Of a DNA stretch of 64,000 nucleotides, positions 9,812 through 18,918 are shown one piece after another (position 1 is the stretch's first letter; every line of letters starts with the position of its first letter). Below the pieces are notes generated by a model. That model was not told where the DNA came from. It ran no database searches and worked only from the letters and a program-made list of their open reading frames with translations. A program made the position numbers and the translations under genes. This DNA is from Acidimicrobiia bacterium. Its GTDB lineage: Bacteria > Actinomycetota > Acidimicrobiia > Spongiisociales > ZC4RG35. Where the stretch lies: contig CBDBCY010000004.1 of the NCBI GenBank assembly GCA_965203555.1, forward strand, positions 832,001 to 896,000, written 5' to 3'.

Positions 9812-10891
9812 TCAACCGGCCCGCATCGGCATGACCAGATTCCAGACTCGCGCACAGTGGGGGTCGGCGACAAGTACCGGCTTGGGCCGGGCCAGCGGAT
9901 CTTCTGCAAACCTGATCTCCACCTGATCGGAGACCAGGTTCGCCAGAGCGTCCGCCAGGAACAACGAGTTGAAACGCATAGTCAATTCCTCTGGCAACGC
10001 CGCATGATGGGCATCCACGGATCCGCTCACCATCCCGATCGGCGATTTCGCAACGAACTCAATTCCCGATGTTGAGAAAACCAGCTTGGCGGGTGCCGGT
10101 GACTTTCGGTCCAGCGCCACGACTCTGGAGGTGAGTTCGGAGAGGGGGGCTCGGGCACAAACGACGCGACCCTCCCAGGGAGGGGACCAGCCCCGGTAGC
10201 GTGGATAGTCAGATCGGTCGCACACGATCCCCATCTTGCCCAGCTTCTCGACCTCGAACCACACATAGCCCTCTTCCAACCACACCCGGTACACCGAAGC
10301 CTTTCCAAATGCCCGCAGCATCCTCTTGATCAGACGGACGTTCACCGAGAATGTCCCGTGACCCGGGATTCCCGACAAGTCACGCACCGCCAGCCGGAAG
10401 GTGTCGGAGGCAACCAGCCGCATGGTCCCGTCCGTCTCATCGAATCGCACCGAGCCGAATATCGGATGGTTGTCGGTGGCGGCCGCCGGAATCACACCAC
10501 CCAGGGACGATCTCATAAGCTCTCCATCGATGGGGTCTGCGGTATCTTCAGGCTCCGGTAATACGACTCCGCACAGTTCGTCCTGTTCGGCCAGGACAAC
10601 CCTGGCGCCCCCGCCGGTAAAAGCTATCCCTTCCTCTGCCCGTTCCATGGTGACCGCGCCGGCAGGAAGCGACTTGACCACCGAGACGATCTGTCGCAGC
10701 ATCACCTCGGCTGCCCCGTCCCGATCCACTGCCGCGTCCACTTTGGCCACAAAGACCACGTTCCTTCCAACGGCCACCAATTCCAGTCTCCCCGAATCCG
10801 CCGTCAGCACCAGGGGCGCCGTCGAACCGGCCCCGGTAGAGAGTCTCCGCAGAGCGCTGTTGAGTTGGTGACGCTCCAAGGTTGCCTTCAT
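9812..10891 (-). CDS. Divergent DNA polymerase III beta clamp (DnaN-like paralogue)
   Basis: 359 aa; MRLVASDTFRLAV, DYPRY, RFNSLFLADAL, C-terminal LVMPMR; aaggag RBS. Confidence 0.82.
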   Translation of the reverse strand: MKATLERHQLNSALRRLSTGAGSTAPLVLTADSGRLELVAVGRNVVFVAKVDAAVDRDGAAEVMLRQIVSVVKSLPAGAVTMERAEEGIAFTGGGARVVLAEQDELCGVVLPEPEDTADPIDGELMRSSLGGVIPAAATDNHPIFGSVRFDETDGTMRLVASDTFRLAVRDLSGIPGHGTFSVNVRLIKRMLRAFGKASVYRVWLEEGYVWFEVEKLGKMGIVCDRSDYPRYRGWSPPWEGRVVCARAPLSELTSRVVALDRKSPAPAKLVFSTSGIEFVAKSPIGMVSGSVDAHHAALPEELTMRFNSLFLADALANLVSDQVEIRFAEDPLARPKPVLVADPHCARVWNLVMPMRAG

Positions 10892-11181
10892 ATCCCCGCT
10901 CCTTGCTTGAGATCCAACAATGACCTGACGCCCCGCCCCGGTTGGTGTCCCCGTTCAAAAAGCGCTTAACCATTGCATACAGTTGTTATCTCCTTTCACT
11001 ATGCGGACACTGCTTCATCCGGTGGCATCGCAGGCATCACGGTTTTTCCCAAACCGGGTCCCTTTTTTGCCACTGTCCGGACCTGCAGTCCTCACATCCG
11101 GCCAGACGGCAACCCTCTCCGGTTGTGGGCCGGCGATGGCAAGGGGCGGTGGGCAGCCGTCCCCTCAGATGCGCCTTGAGA

Positions 11182-11880
11182 TCAACTTTCGGCGCTTGGA
11201 TCCCTGGGGAGCTTTTCGAATCGACGCCGGGTCGCCAGCAGACCGACTGCACCCATCACCACCCCGGCCAGATACCACCACGTCCAGTGGGACCAGGCCC
11301 CCACCGACCAAAGGGGCGTCACCAGCCGGACCGCCGAAGCCCATCCCAGACCCGCGGCGGCGCTGCCGCCCTCCCACCGCAGGGGCCTCCACCACAGCAA
11401 TACCGCCCCGGCGGCCAACAATATCGAGACGTAGACGCCTACGGGATGCCGGAGAAGGTCGCTTCCTTGCAGAGGCATCGCCCACCACAGATCCGACGGG
11501 GACCCCAGACAGGATCCCTGCCACCAACATCCCCCTTCCCACACCGCCAACCCGGCCAGAACCGCCGGAACCAGGTGGTCCAGACGTCTCAACAGGTCCG
11601 ATCGACAAGTCCAGGCCAGATAACCGACAGCGGCTATGGCGGCGGGAACCGGCGCGACACCACCCCGGATGAAGACCAGTTCCATCGGAGGGGCCAGCAG
11701 GTCAATACCCTCCGCCAATACGTAGGACAGGCGTCCTGCCGCCATCCCGACCAGGACCGCTCCGAGCAGATCGCTGAACGGTTGCGTGGAACCCGGCGGA
11801 GAATGCCGTCTCGATGCCCACAGTACCAAAGCGGCGACGACCATCGCCCCCAAGGCCCGCAGTACCAGAGTGAAGTCCAC
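11182..11880 (-). CDS. Lgt-like membrane protein (divergent prolipoprotein diacylglyceryl transferase family)
   Basis: GRLSYV, IRGG, LD, GCWWQGSCLGSPSDLWWAM, RHPVGVY; multiple TM segments. Confidence 0.65.
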   Translation of the reverse strand: MDFTLVLRALGAMVVAALVLWASRRHSPPGSTQPFSDLLGAVLVGMAAGRLSYVLAEGIDLLAPPMELVFIRGGVAPVPAAIAAVGYLAWTCRSDLLRRLDHLVPAVLAGLAVWEGGCWWQGSCLGSPSDLWWAMPLQGSDLLRHPVGVYVSILLAAGAVLLWWRPLRWEGGSAAAGLGWASAVRLVTPLWSVGAWSHWTWWYLAGVVMGAVGLLATRRRFEKLPRDPSAES

Positions 11881-11993
11881 CTCAGCCCTTCATCGTGCCA
11901 GTCTCGGCAGTTCAGCACCTTTCCACAACGTTCGTTCGAACGTCCCGAACTCAAAAAACAACAGGTGGTTTAGCAGCTTGGACTGTCCGGTGG

Positions 11994-12494
11994 TCATCCC
12001 AGACGGGAGAGTTCGTCGGTCCACAGGTTGAGAATGTTCTCATCGATGATTCCCCGGTGAACGTTGAGCACGTCACCCGCCGAATCGGTGAACACGGTGA
12101 AGGGAATCCCAAACGCCCCGTAATGCTCCCTCATGGAACCGCCGTCGGCCAGATAGTTTTGGAAGAGGATCCCGAAGGACTCCATGAAGTCGAAGGCGTC
12201 GGCGGCCGTGTCGTCCACCGCCACCCCGATGAAGCGCACCCGGTCGCCATACTCTTCATGAGCCCGCCGCAACACCGGGGCCTCCGCCCGGCACGGTCCG
12301 CACCACGAGGCCCAGAAGTTCACCACCGCCGCCCCACCGGAGGACAGCTCCACGGTCAACTCCTCGGGAGTGATCCAGTTCAAACTGTCCGGCACGGTGG
12401 CTGCCACCGTTTCCGGGTCGCTCCCGCCGCCACACGAAACAGCCAGCAGGCCCAGCAGCACGCCCAGTATCACAGTTTTACGCTTCATCGCCAA
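11994..12494 (-). CDS. TlpA/ResA thiol-disulfide oxidoreductase lipoprotein
   Basis: Lipobox LAVSC; VNFWASWCGPCRAE; GIPFT. Confidence 0.92.
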   Translation of the reverse strand: MAMKRKTVILGVLLGLLAVSCGGGSDPETVAATVPDSLNWITPEELTVELSSGGAAVVNFWASWCGPCRAEAPVLRRAHEEYGDRVRFIGVAVDDTAADAFDFMESFGILFQNYLADGGSMREHYGAFGIPFTVFTDSAGDVLNVHRGIIDENILNLWTDELSRLG

Positions 12495-12651
12495 TCCATC
12501 GCCAATCCGATGTTATGTGCCCCACCGGGTCTGCGCATCTGTTTCCTCCCCCTCAAGAACCCTTCAGGGGTAAACGGGAATAAGCCGGCGCCCGGCTCGT
12601 CTACAATTGCGTGGGCGAACCGGACCACCTCCGGCTCCCCATCCTCTCCTT

Positions 12652-12725
12652 TCCGGGGTAGCTCAATTCGGCAGAGCGGCGGGCTGTTAACCCGAAGGTT
12701 GTGGGTTCGAGTCCCACCCCCGGAG
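12652..12725 (+). tRNA. tRNA-Asn (GTT)
   Basis: Acceptor TCCGGGG/CCCCGGA, D arm TAGCTCAATTCGGCAGAGC, anticodon loop CT-GTT-AA, T arm GTGGGTTCGAGTCCCAC. Confidence 0.95.
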
Positions 12726-12860
12726 CTGATAATACAGGTATTTGCCCAGGTCAGAGGACCTTTAGGTCTAATCCGACATCACTTGTGGCATCTACTGGCC
12801 CCGATGATTCATGGGTGGGAATCCCAGCTTGGTGCAGCATAGGCAGGGGTGGGACCAAGT

Positions 12861-12977
12861 GATGAGTACTTGTCGATAGACGACATCATCACATCCAAAG
12901 AAAAAGCAGGCCGAGAAAAGGACCGGCTTACTCTGCCCGAGTTGCGACGCTTCCGAGACGAACAGCCACGTTCCTGA
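12861..12977 (+). pseudogene. C-terminal fragment of a nucleotidyltransferase-like protein
   Basis: DEYLSIDDIITSKEKAGREKDRLTLPELRRF resembles the SLxDIIxSKxxAGRxKD tail; N-terminal part absent (in-frame TAG at 12840). Confidence 0.5.
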
Positions 12978-13156
12978 ACCAAAAGTTCATTTTATGTGGG
13001 GAGTATTCGCGGAGCCAGGGCGAAACGCGCGGCGTTTTTGGGATGGGTCTGCTTTCGCAGGCACTATTGCGGCGTTTCAGTGACTTTGGGCAACCCAGTC
13101 AATTGCGTGTCTGCCGGGGTTCCCGAAAGAGATGGGACCGCGGCAGGACGGAGGCC

Positions 13157-13576
13157 CTACTCTTCCATGTTTATAACTATGTTGTCCGGTCCGCGGGCCA
13201 GGAACTGTTCCGACGGTACGTCGTAGGGATTTTCCTCGATGTGCCACATGTGGGCAGGCACGAACAGAAAGTCGCCTGGTCCGGCCTCTACCCATTCCTT
13301 GAAGTCCTCGCCATAGTAGACCCGGACGTGGCCGGAAATGACGTAGGCGGCGGTCTCGGCCTCACCGTGCATGTGGGGCGGACCCGTGTGATTGGGCTCT
13401 GAGGTGACCGTGCCGAACCAGATCTTGCTGGCTCCTACCGCTGCCGCGTCGATTGCGGGACGGCGGATCAGGCCGGGAGTCTGTGCCGTGTCGCTTGGCG
13501 GCCGGGTGCCGGGGACCACCATCGGGACGGTGCCGGGGACCACCATCGGGACTATGAGCTCAGTCTTCGCTTCCAA
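13157..13576 (-). CDS. Cupin domain protein
   Basis: TAQTPG, PHMHGEAETAAYVISG, GPGDFLFVPAHMWHIEEN; gaggagg RBS before TTG. Confidence 0.88.
   Translation of the reverse strand: MEAKTELIVPMVVPGTVPMVVPGTRPPSDTAQTPGLIRRPAIDAAAVGASKIWFGTVTSEPNHTGPPHMHGEAETAAYVISGHVRVYYGEDFKEWVEAGPGDFLFVPAHMWHIEENPYDVPSEQFLARGPDNIVINMEE
13505..13552 (+). repeat. Perfect 24-bp tandem duplication in the cupin gene
   Basis: ggtgccggggaccaccatcgggac x2 (VPMVVPGT x2). Confidence 0.9.
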
Positions 13577-13750
13577 GGTTGGCCTCCTCGTTGGCGTGTG
13601 CGCCGCGACCGACGCGGGGTTACCGTATGTTCGCTTCGATGGTTAGTTTACGGGCACTCGCCGCACAGGTTGTGAGAATGCGCCGTGAATATGCGGATGG
13701 TGGCGACAAGGGGGCGGGTCAAATGTTGGTCGGTATTCGCGATCGACCGA

Positions 13751-14602
13751 TCACACGTCGTCTCCCGGGTTTATTGACTGCTTGCCAAGTTGCGGCCAGG
13801 CGGCAGGCGCGGCGGCCTTGGCGAGCCGTTGTTCTATGGGCAAACGGTCGTCCCAGTAGTAGGCAATAAGACGCATGCCGTTGGTACCGTCGGACTCCTC
13901 GGACGCGAGCCACACCGCGGGCCCGTTCATCACCTCCGGCCGCATGAGGATCGCCCGCCCCACCGCGATGTCATCGGGAATGACGTGTGTGTCGGTCTCG
14001 CCGCCGGGGACAAGTACGTTGGCGGTTACTCCGGTCCCCTCCAATTCGCGGGACATGAGAGCAACAAGCGCCTCGTGGCTTGCCTTGGATGGACCGTAGG
14101 GGCACATGCCCGGCCGGTACATGGTGTCGACGCTGGTCGTGACGCCGATTATCCGGCCCCATCCCTGATCGAGCATGTGGCCCACTGCCGCCCGGGCCAT
14201 GAAGAACGATCCGCTGGAGTTGACAGCGATTATCCTGCTCCACGTCTCGGGAGTGATGTCCCAGAACTTGGGAACATTACCGCCGGCGAGGTCCGCAAGG
14301 TGGATCGTTCCAGCGTTGTTGATGAGCACGTGGAGCCCGCCGAGCCCGTCTATCGTCTTGCGGACAGCGTCCTCCACGCTTTCGGGGTCTGCGATGTCGC
14401 AGACCAAGTCCAAGACACAGTCGTCCCCACCGGCCGCCCGCACCTCGCCTGCGGACTGCTCCAGCCACTCCTCGTTGATGTCCAGCATCGCCACGCGTGC
14501 CCCGGCCTGCACCAGGGCAAACGTCATGGCGCGGCCCATGCCGATGGGGCTGCCGGCACCGGTAACGATTGCCACTTTTCCGTTTAGCGGTTTGTGTTGC
14601 AT
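13751..14602 (-). CDS. SDR family oxidoreductase
   Basis: VAIVTGAGSPIGMG, LINNAG, YGPSK. Confidence 0.93.
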   Translation of the reverse strand: MQHKPLNGKVAIVTGAGSPIGMGRAMTFALVQAGARVAMLDINEEWLEQSAGEVRAAGGDDCVLDLVCDIADPESVEDAVRKTIDGLGGLHVLINNAGTIHLADLAGGNVPKFWDITPETWSRIIAVNSSGSFFMARAAVGHMLDQGWGRIIGVTTSVDTMYRPGMCPYGPSKASHEALVALMSRELEGTGVTANVLVPGGETDTHVIPDDIAVGRAILMRPEVMNGPAVWLASEESDGTNGMRLIAYYWDDRLPIEQRLAKAAAPAAWPQLGKQSINPGDDV

Positions 14603-15002
14603 GTCGACTTCTCAGTTCGTGTGCGTACTCGAATACTTGACTTGCCGTCACCGATGTTCAAGAAAAGGCGTCCAAAGGGCCACCGACGGAATTGGCAATA
14701 ATCAGTCTACGAGGTTGGAATAGCAGCGACCCAGCCCAGTCTCGTATTCTGGACGCATGTGTCTCATCCCGTCCCGGATCAGAGGCACTTTCCGCGTCAA
14801 ACCCCCAACAACCCCACATCCCCTTCGGTGGACTCAGGATTACCGTTCCCGAGCATCGGCACTCAGGCGGTAGTGAAGACCACAAGTGATACCGCGAGCA
14901 TGATCCGGCATTTTGAGCAGGGTAAACGGAGGTTGCCGAATCTCGACGGTAGGCGGCCCGCTCGGAACTCAGCACCCGGTTCTGGCTGTGACGGCCCTTA
15001 CC

Positions 15003-16070
15003 TCAGGCAGAAGCCGGTCGGTAGGAGTCCATGTAGACCTCTTTGCCCTCGCGGGAGGAATCGTAGATGGCCATGATGATGGCCAGCGGCACCCGGGCGT
15101 CCTCTCCCGTGAGGATCGGATCACGGTCTTCCCGGATTGCATCCACCATGTCCTGTAGTTGGATCCGGTGGCGGCTCTGCGGATAGTCCCACGGATCGTC
15201 GATGTCGGTTAACTCGAAGCTTTGCTCCACATCCACGCGGCCCTGATCGCCTTTCACGTCCCACAGAAGGAACTTATCGTATTGGGCGTTGGCGACTACG
15301 GTGCCGTTGTCTCCGTGAAGTTCCAATCGGGACTTCAGAGCGGTCCGGACCGAGGAAGTGCTTTCGATGATCCCGATGGCGCCACTCTCAAAGGTAACGA
15401 CGGCGGTGGCAGTGTCTTCGATCTCGATGTCGTGTACCTGCGTGGCCACCCGGCCCATCACCGACCGCACTGGTCCCATCAGGTATTGCAGCAGATCGAT
15501 GATGTGGATCGACTGGGTCATCAGGCAACCCCCGCCCTCGAGCGTCTTGGTGCCTCGCCAGGCTGCGGAGTTGTAGTATGCGGTAGTCCGGCTCGACTTG
15601 TCGATGGCGTCACTCAGGAACACTCGTCCCAGCCGCCCGGAATCCACGGCCTCTTTGAGGGTGCGGGCTACCACCCCAAAGCGCATCTGGAATATCACTC
15701 CGAGCTTGGTGTTGTTCGCCCGGCAAACACCGATCATCCGGTCAGCCCTCTCCAGATTGATCTCGATCGGCTTTTCCACCAGCGCGTGCTTTCCGGCGTT
15801 GGAAGCGGCGATGGTGACGTCGGCATGAAGGCCGCTTGGAACTGACACGATCACTACATCGACGTCTTCATGTTCCACCAACTGACGGTAATCGGTGAAC
15901 CAGTGTCTCACATCGTTTGCCCTAGCGAAGCCGCTGACGTTGGCCTCGTTCCGGCTGCAAACCGCAACCAACTCACCGCCTTCGACGTATTCCATTTCCT
16001 TGGCCATGAAGCCACCCGACATCCCGGTCCCTACCAGGCCGAAACCGATCTTTTCGTTTCTCACCGTCAT
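15003..16070 (-). CDS. Gfo/Idh/MocA oxidoreductase
   Basis: GLVGTG, AGKHALVEKP, GGGCLMTQSIHIIDL, EIEDTA. Confidence 0.93.
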   Translation of the reverse strand: MTVRNEKIGFGLVGTGMSGGFMAKEMEYVEGGELVAVCSRNEANVSGFARANDVRHWFTDYRQLVEHEDVDVVIVSVPSGLHADVTIAASNAGKHALVEKPIEINLERADRMIGVCRANNTKLGVIFQMRFGVVARTLKEAVDSGRLGRVFLSDAIDKSSRTTAYYNSAAWRGTKTLEGGGCLMTQSIHIIDLLQYLMGPVRSVMGRVATQVHDIEIEDTATAVVTFESGAIGIIESTSSVRTALKSRLELHGDNGTVVANAQYDKFLLWDVKGDQGRVDVEQSFELTDIDDPWDYPQSRHRIQLQDMVDAIREDRDPILTGEDARVPLAIIMAIYDSSREGKEVYMDSYRPASA

Positions 16071-16363
16071 CGCCGCCCTTCTCTGGGAGGAGTGTTACTC
16101 GAGGGGCTGTAGATCATCCGACCAACGCCCCATCCTAATTCTGTCTTTGTCGAACAGTCCGAAATCTACTCAGAGTCCCATACCGTGTCAAGGGTTCTGG
16201 TTGGGCAGCGGCCTACCAGGTTCCGGCGGCGCGAAAAACGCCTGCTGGAAATCGGCGCGAGCACGAACCGGTGTGGCGGACACTCTCCGATGAATGAAAC
16301 GAACGATCGAGCCCTGTTTTCGATGGGAGTACCAAGTCGGCAAGACCCATACACTCGGGGCGA

Positions 16364-17029
16364 GTGATCCAATCCTCCGCTTCCCCCTCCCCGACCACCC
16401 CCTTGGTGGAATTGGTCGATCTCTCCGTTTCGTTGGGCGGGGTCCGAGTACTTTCGGATTGCCGACTCACACTCCATCCCGGTGAGTGCCTGGGGGTGGC
16501 AGGACCAAACGGCGCCGGGAAATCGACGCTGCTGGCCACGGTAGCCACCTTCATCTCCCCCGCCGAGGGCGCCGGAACGGTCATGGGGGTTCCCCTCGGT
16601 ACACCCCGAACCCCGGCGGTACGCTCCCGGATCGGATGGTCCGGGCATCTCCCCGCCCTTTATCCCGACCTGACTCTTGGCGAGAACCTGACCATGGCCG
16701 CCCGGTTGAGTGGCCGCTCCGCCAACGACGGAGATCGCGCCCTCCAGAAGGTGGGATTGGGACGGGCTCGCAATATACGTGTGGAGAGGTGCTCCAACGG
16801 AATGAAACGAAGAGCCGACCTGGCCCGGTTACTGATCGGCCGGCCGCGCCTGGTGCTGCTCGACGAACCCGACGCCGGCCTGGACCGGGACGCCGCTTCG
16901 ATCATCACCCACTTGATCAGTAGAACCACCAGCCGGGGCGGCGGCGTGCTGTGCGTCTCCCACGATGCCGCCCGATTGTCGGGCTGGGCAGACCGGGTGG
17001 TGGAGATCAGGGAGGGAAGGATCAGATGA
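16364..17029 (+). CDS. ccmA: Heme export ABC ATPase CcmA
   Basis: GPNGAGKST, CSNGMKRR, LLDEP; first gene of the ccm operon. Confidence 0.88.
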   Translation: MIQSSASPSPTTPLVELVDLSVSLGGVRVLSDCRLTLHPGECLGVAGPNGAGKSTLLATVATFISPAEGAGTVMGVPLGTPRTPAVRSRIGWSGHLPALYPDLTLGENLTMAARLSGRSANDGDRALQKVGLGRARNIRVERCSNGMKRRADLARLLIGRPRLVLLDEPDAGLDRDAASIITHLISRTTSRGGGVLCVSHDAARLSGWADRVVEIREGRIR

Positions 17030-17703
17030 CGGCCGGTTTCTGGAGGTCCGCATCAATCATTGCCCTGCGCGATCTCCGGGTTGAGATTCGAAGCGGAGAA
17101 GCTCTGTCGGTGGTCTTTCCGTTCGCGGTCGTAGCCACCTGGGTGGTGCCCCTGGCGACCGACGCCTCCCGGAGTTTGCTCAGGGATCTGGCTGCTCCCG
17201 TCTACTGGCTGATCTTTCTGCTGTTCGGAATGATGATCGTTTTCCGGCAGACCGCGGTGGAGACATCGGACCAAAGGCGCGTGCTGGCGCTGACGGGCCT
17301 TGACCCGGCTGCCCGGTTCGCAGGCCGCTCAGCAGCGTCGGCACTGATCCTGGTCCCGATATCGGGGACGCTGGTCTTTCCGATCATCGTGCTCTACGAC
17401 TACCGGCCTCCGTCGGGAACGATCCTGATGGTCCCAGTGATCATCCTCGCCGCGGCAGGAATATCCATGTTGGGGACCTTGGCCGCAGATGTAACCGTGG
17501 GATTGAGGGCCCGCACCAGCCTCGCCCCCCTGCTGATGGCGCCCTTGGCCGCTCCCCTCCTGATGGGCGCTTCCCAGGCCCTGGAAAGCTTGATCGCCGA
17601 ACGCGGTATCATCATCTGGGTACTGGTGCTGGTTATCGCTGACCTGGGGTTGGCCGCCGCCGGAGTCATGTCGGCCCGGGCCTTGGAGGAAATCGCTCTG
17701 TGA
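17026..17703 (+). CDS. ccmB: Heme exporter permease CcmB
   Basis: RDLRVEIRS, six TM segments, LAPLLMAPLAAPLL; overlaps the ccmA stop. Confidence 0.85.
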   Translation: MTAGFWRSASIIALRDLRVEIRSGEALSVVFPFAVVATWVVPLATDASRSLLRDLAAPVYWLIFLLFGMMIVFRQTAVETSDQRRVLALTGLDPAARFAGRSAASALILVPISGTLVFPIIVLYDYRPPSGTILMVPVIILAAAGISMLGTLAADVTVGLRARTSLAPLLMAPLAAPLLMGASQALESLIAERGIIIWVLVLVIADLGLAAAGVMSARALEEIAL

Positions 17704-18404
17704 AAAAGAAGGTTCTCGCCACCCTGACCGTCCTGGCGTTGGCGGCGGGTCTGGCCACTGCATTCACCTCACCCCCCGACGTCTTGCAGGGTGACTTCGT
17801 TCGGATCCTCTACATTCACGTTCCTTCAGCCTGGTTGGCTTTTCTGGCCTTCGGAGTCACTGCGGTGGGAAGCATCGGGTGGCTGTTCACCCACCGGATG
17901 GGTTGGGACCGGGTGGCTGAGGCGTCTGCGGAGACGGGCGTGCTCTTCACGGCCGTCGCCCTGGCCACCGGGATGATCTGGGGAAAGCCGGTCTGGGGCA
18001 CTTACTGGGATTGGGGTGACGCACGATTGGCCACCACCGCCCTGATGTTCTTCGTCTACCTGGGCTACCTGGCACTGCGTCGCACCACGTCCGACCCCTA
18101 CCGTCAGGCCCGTCGTTCATCGGTATTGGGAGCGGTGGCGGTCGTGCAGGTGCCGCTGGTCTATTTTTCGGTGAAACTGTGGCGCACCCTCCACCAGGGT
18201 CTCACCATCCGCCCCGACGGCATCCAAATGGACGGCGCCATGGTCACGGCACTGCTGGCGAACCTGGGAGCTTTCACCTTGCTTTACCTGACTCTGATCA
18301 GCTTCCGGACCGAACTGGCCCGACTTGAGAAAGCTGTTCACGAATCGCAGGTCTCGGTCCAAAACCGTGTCACCGTCCCCCAACTGGGTAAAGCAGAAGC
18401 GTGA
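17700..18404 (+). CDS. ccmC: Heme exporter CcmC
   Basis: RILYIHVPSAW, TGMIWGKPVWGTYWDWGDARL (WWD domain), WRTLHQ. Confidence 0.94.
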   Translation: MKKKVLATLTVLALAAGLATAFTSPPDVLQGDFVRILYIHVPSAWLAFLAFGVTAVGSIGWLFTHRMGWDRVAEASAETGVLFTAVALATGMIWGKPVWGTYWDWGDARLATTALMFFVYLGYLALRRTTSDPYRQARRSSVLGAVAVVQVPLVYFSVKLWRTLHQGLTIRPDGIQMDGAMVTALLANLGAFTLLYLTLISFRTELARLEKAVHESQVSVQNRVTVPQLGKAEA

Positions 18405-18511
18405 ACGCCGGTTGGGTATGGGCAGCGTATCTTGCCACGGGCCTGATCCTGGCGGGCTACGTTCTCCGCCTGGTGGTCCGGTGGCGGAGGGCGACCGGTC
18501 GCCGCGACTGA
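18401..18511 (+). CDS. ccmD: CcmD-like small membrane protein (36 aa, absent from the ORF track)
   Basis: MNAGWVWAAYLATGLILAGYVLRLVVRWRRATGRRD; overlaps the ccmC stop and ccmE start. Confidence 0.75.
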   Translation: MNAGWVWAAYLATGLILAGYVLRLVVRWRRATGRRD

Positions 18512-18918
18512 TGAAGGTACGCCGCTGGCCGTTTTTGATCTCGGCGGGGGTGGCCATCCTGATAGCCGGCTTCTTCCTGGTGCAGAACATCGGCAACGAC
18601 CTGGTCTACTACCTCACTCCCCACGAAGCCGTGACCCAGCGCGCCGACTTCACCGACGGCCGGCGCTTCCGGTTGGCGGGCGTCGTGGTGGAGGGGTCGC
18701 TGCGGGAAGGTAGCGATCCGCTCAGGTTCGAACTCACCGATGGCGCTTCCACCATTTCCGTCCTTCTCACCGACACCCCTCCTCTCCTGTTCGACGAGGA
18801 TGTGAACGTGCTGCTGGACGGGGCTTGGCAAGATGATCACTATCGGGCGGACGGGGCACTTGTATCCCATGATGAGAATTACGAGGCCCCTCCGGTGACC
18901 GGCGTCTCGGAACCCTGA
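18511..18918 (+). CDS. ccmE: Heme chaperone CcmE
   Basis: LVYYLTP, RFRLAGVV, PLLFDE, HDENY (HxxxY). Confidence 0.93.
   Translation: MKVRRWPFLISAGVAILIAGFFLVQNIGNDLVYYLTPHEAVTQRADFTDGRRFRLAGVVVEGSLREGSDPLRFELTDGASTISVLLTDTPPLLFDEDVNVLLDGAWQDDHYRADGALVSHDENYEAPPVTGVSEP

Noticed and set aside
10955-11000. Leader peptide MQWLSAF with AAAGGAG upstream of the clamp gene
   Set aside because: Long RBS spacing and no attenuator structure seen; may be chance.
12700-16360. Intact integrative element at tRNA-Asn
   Set aside because: No integrase and no duplicated tRNA 3' end found by eye.
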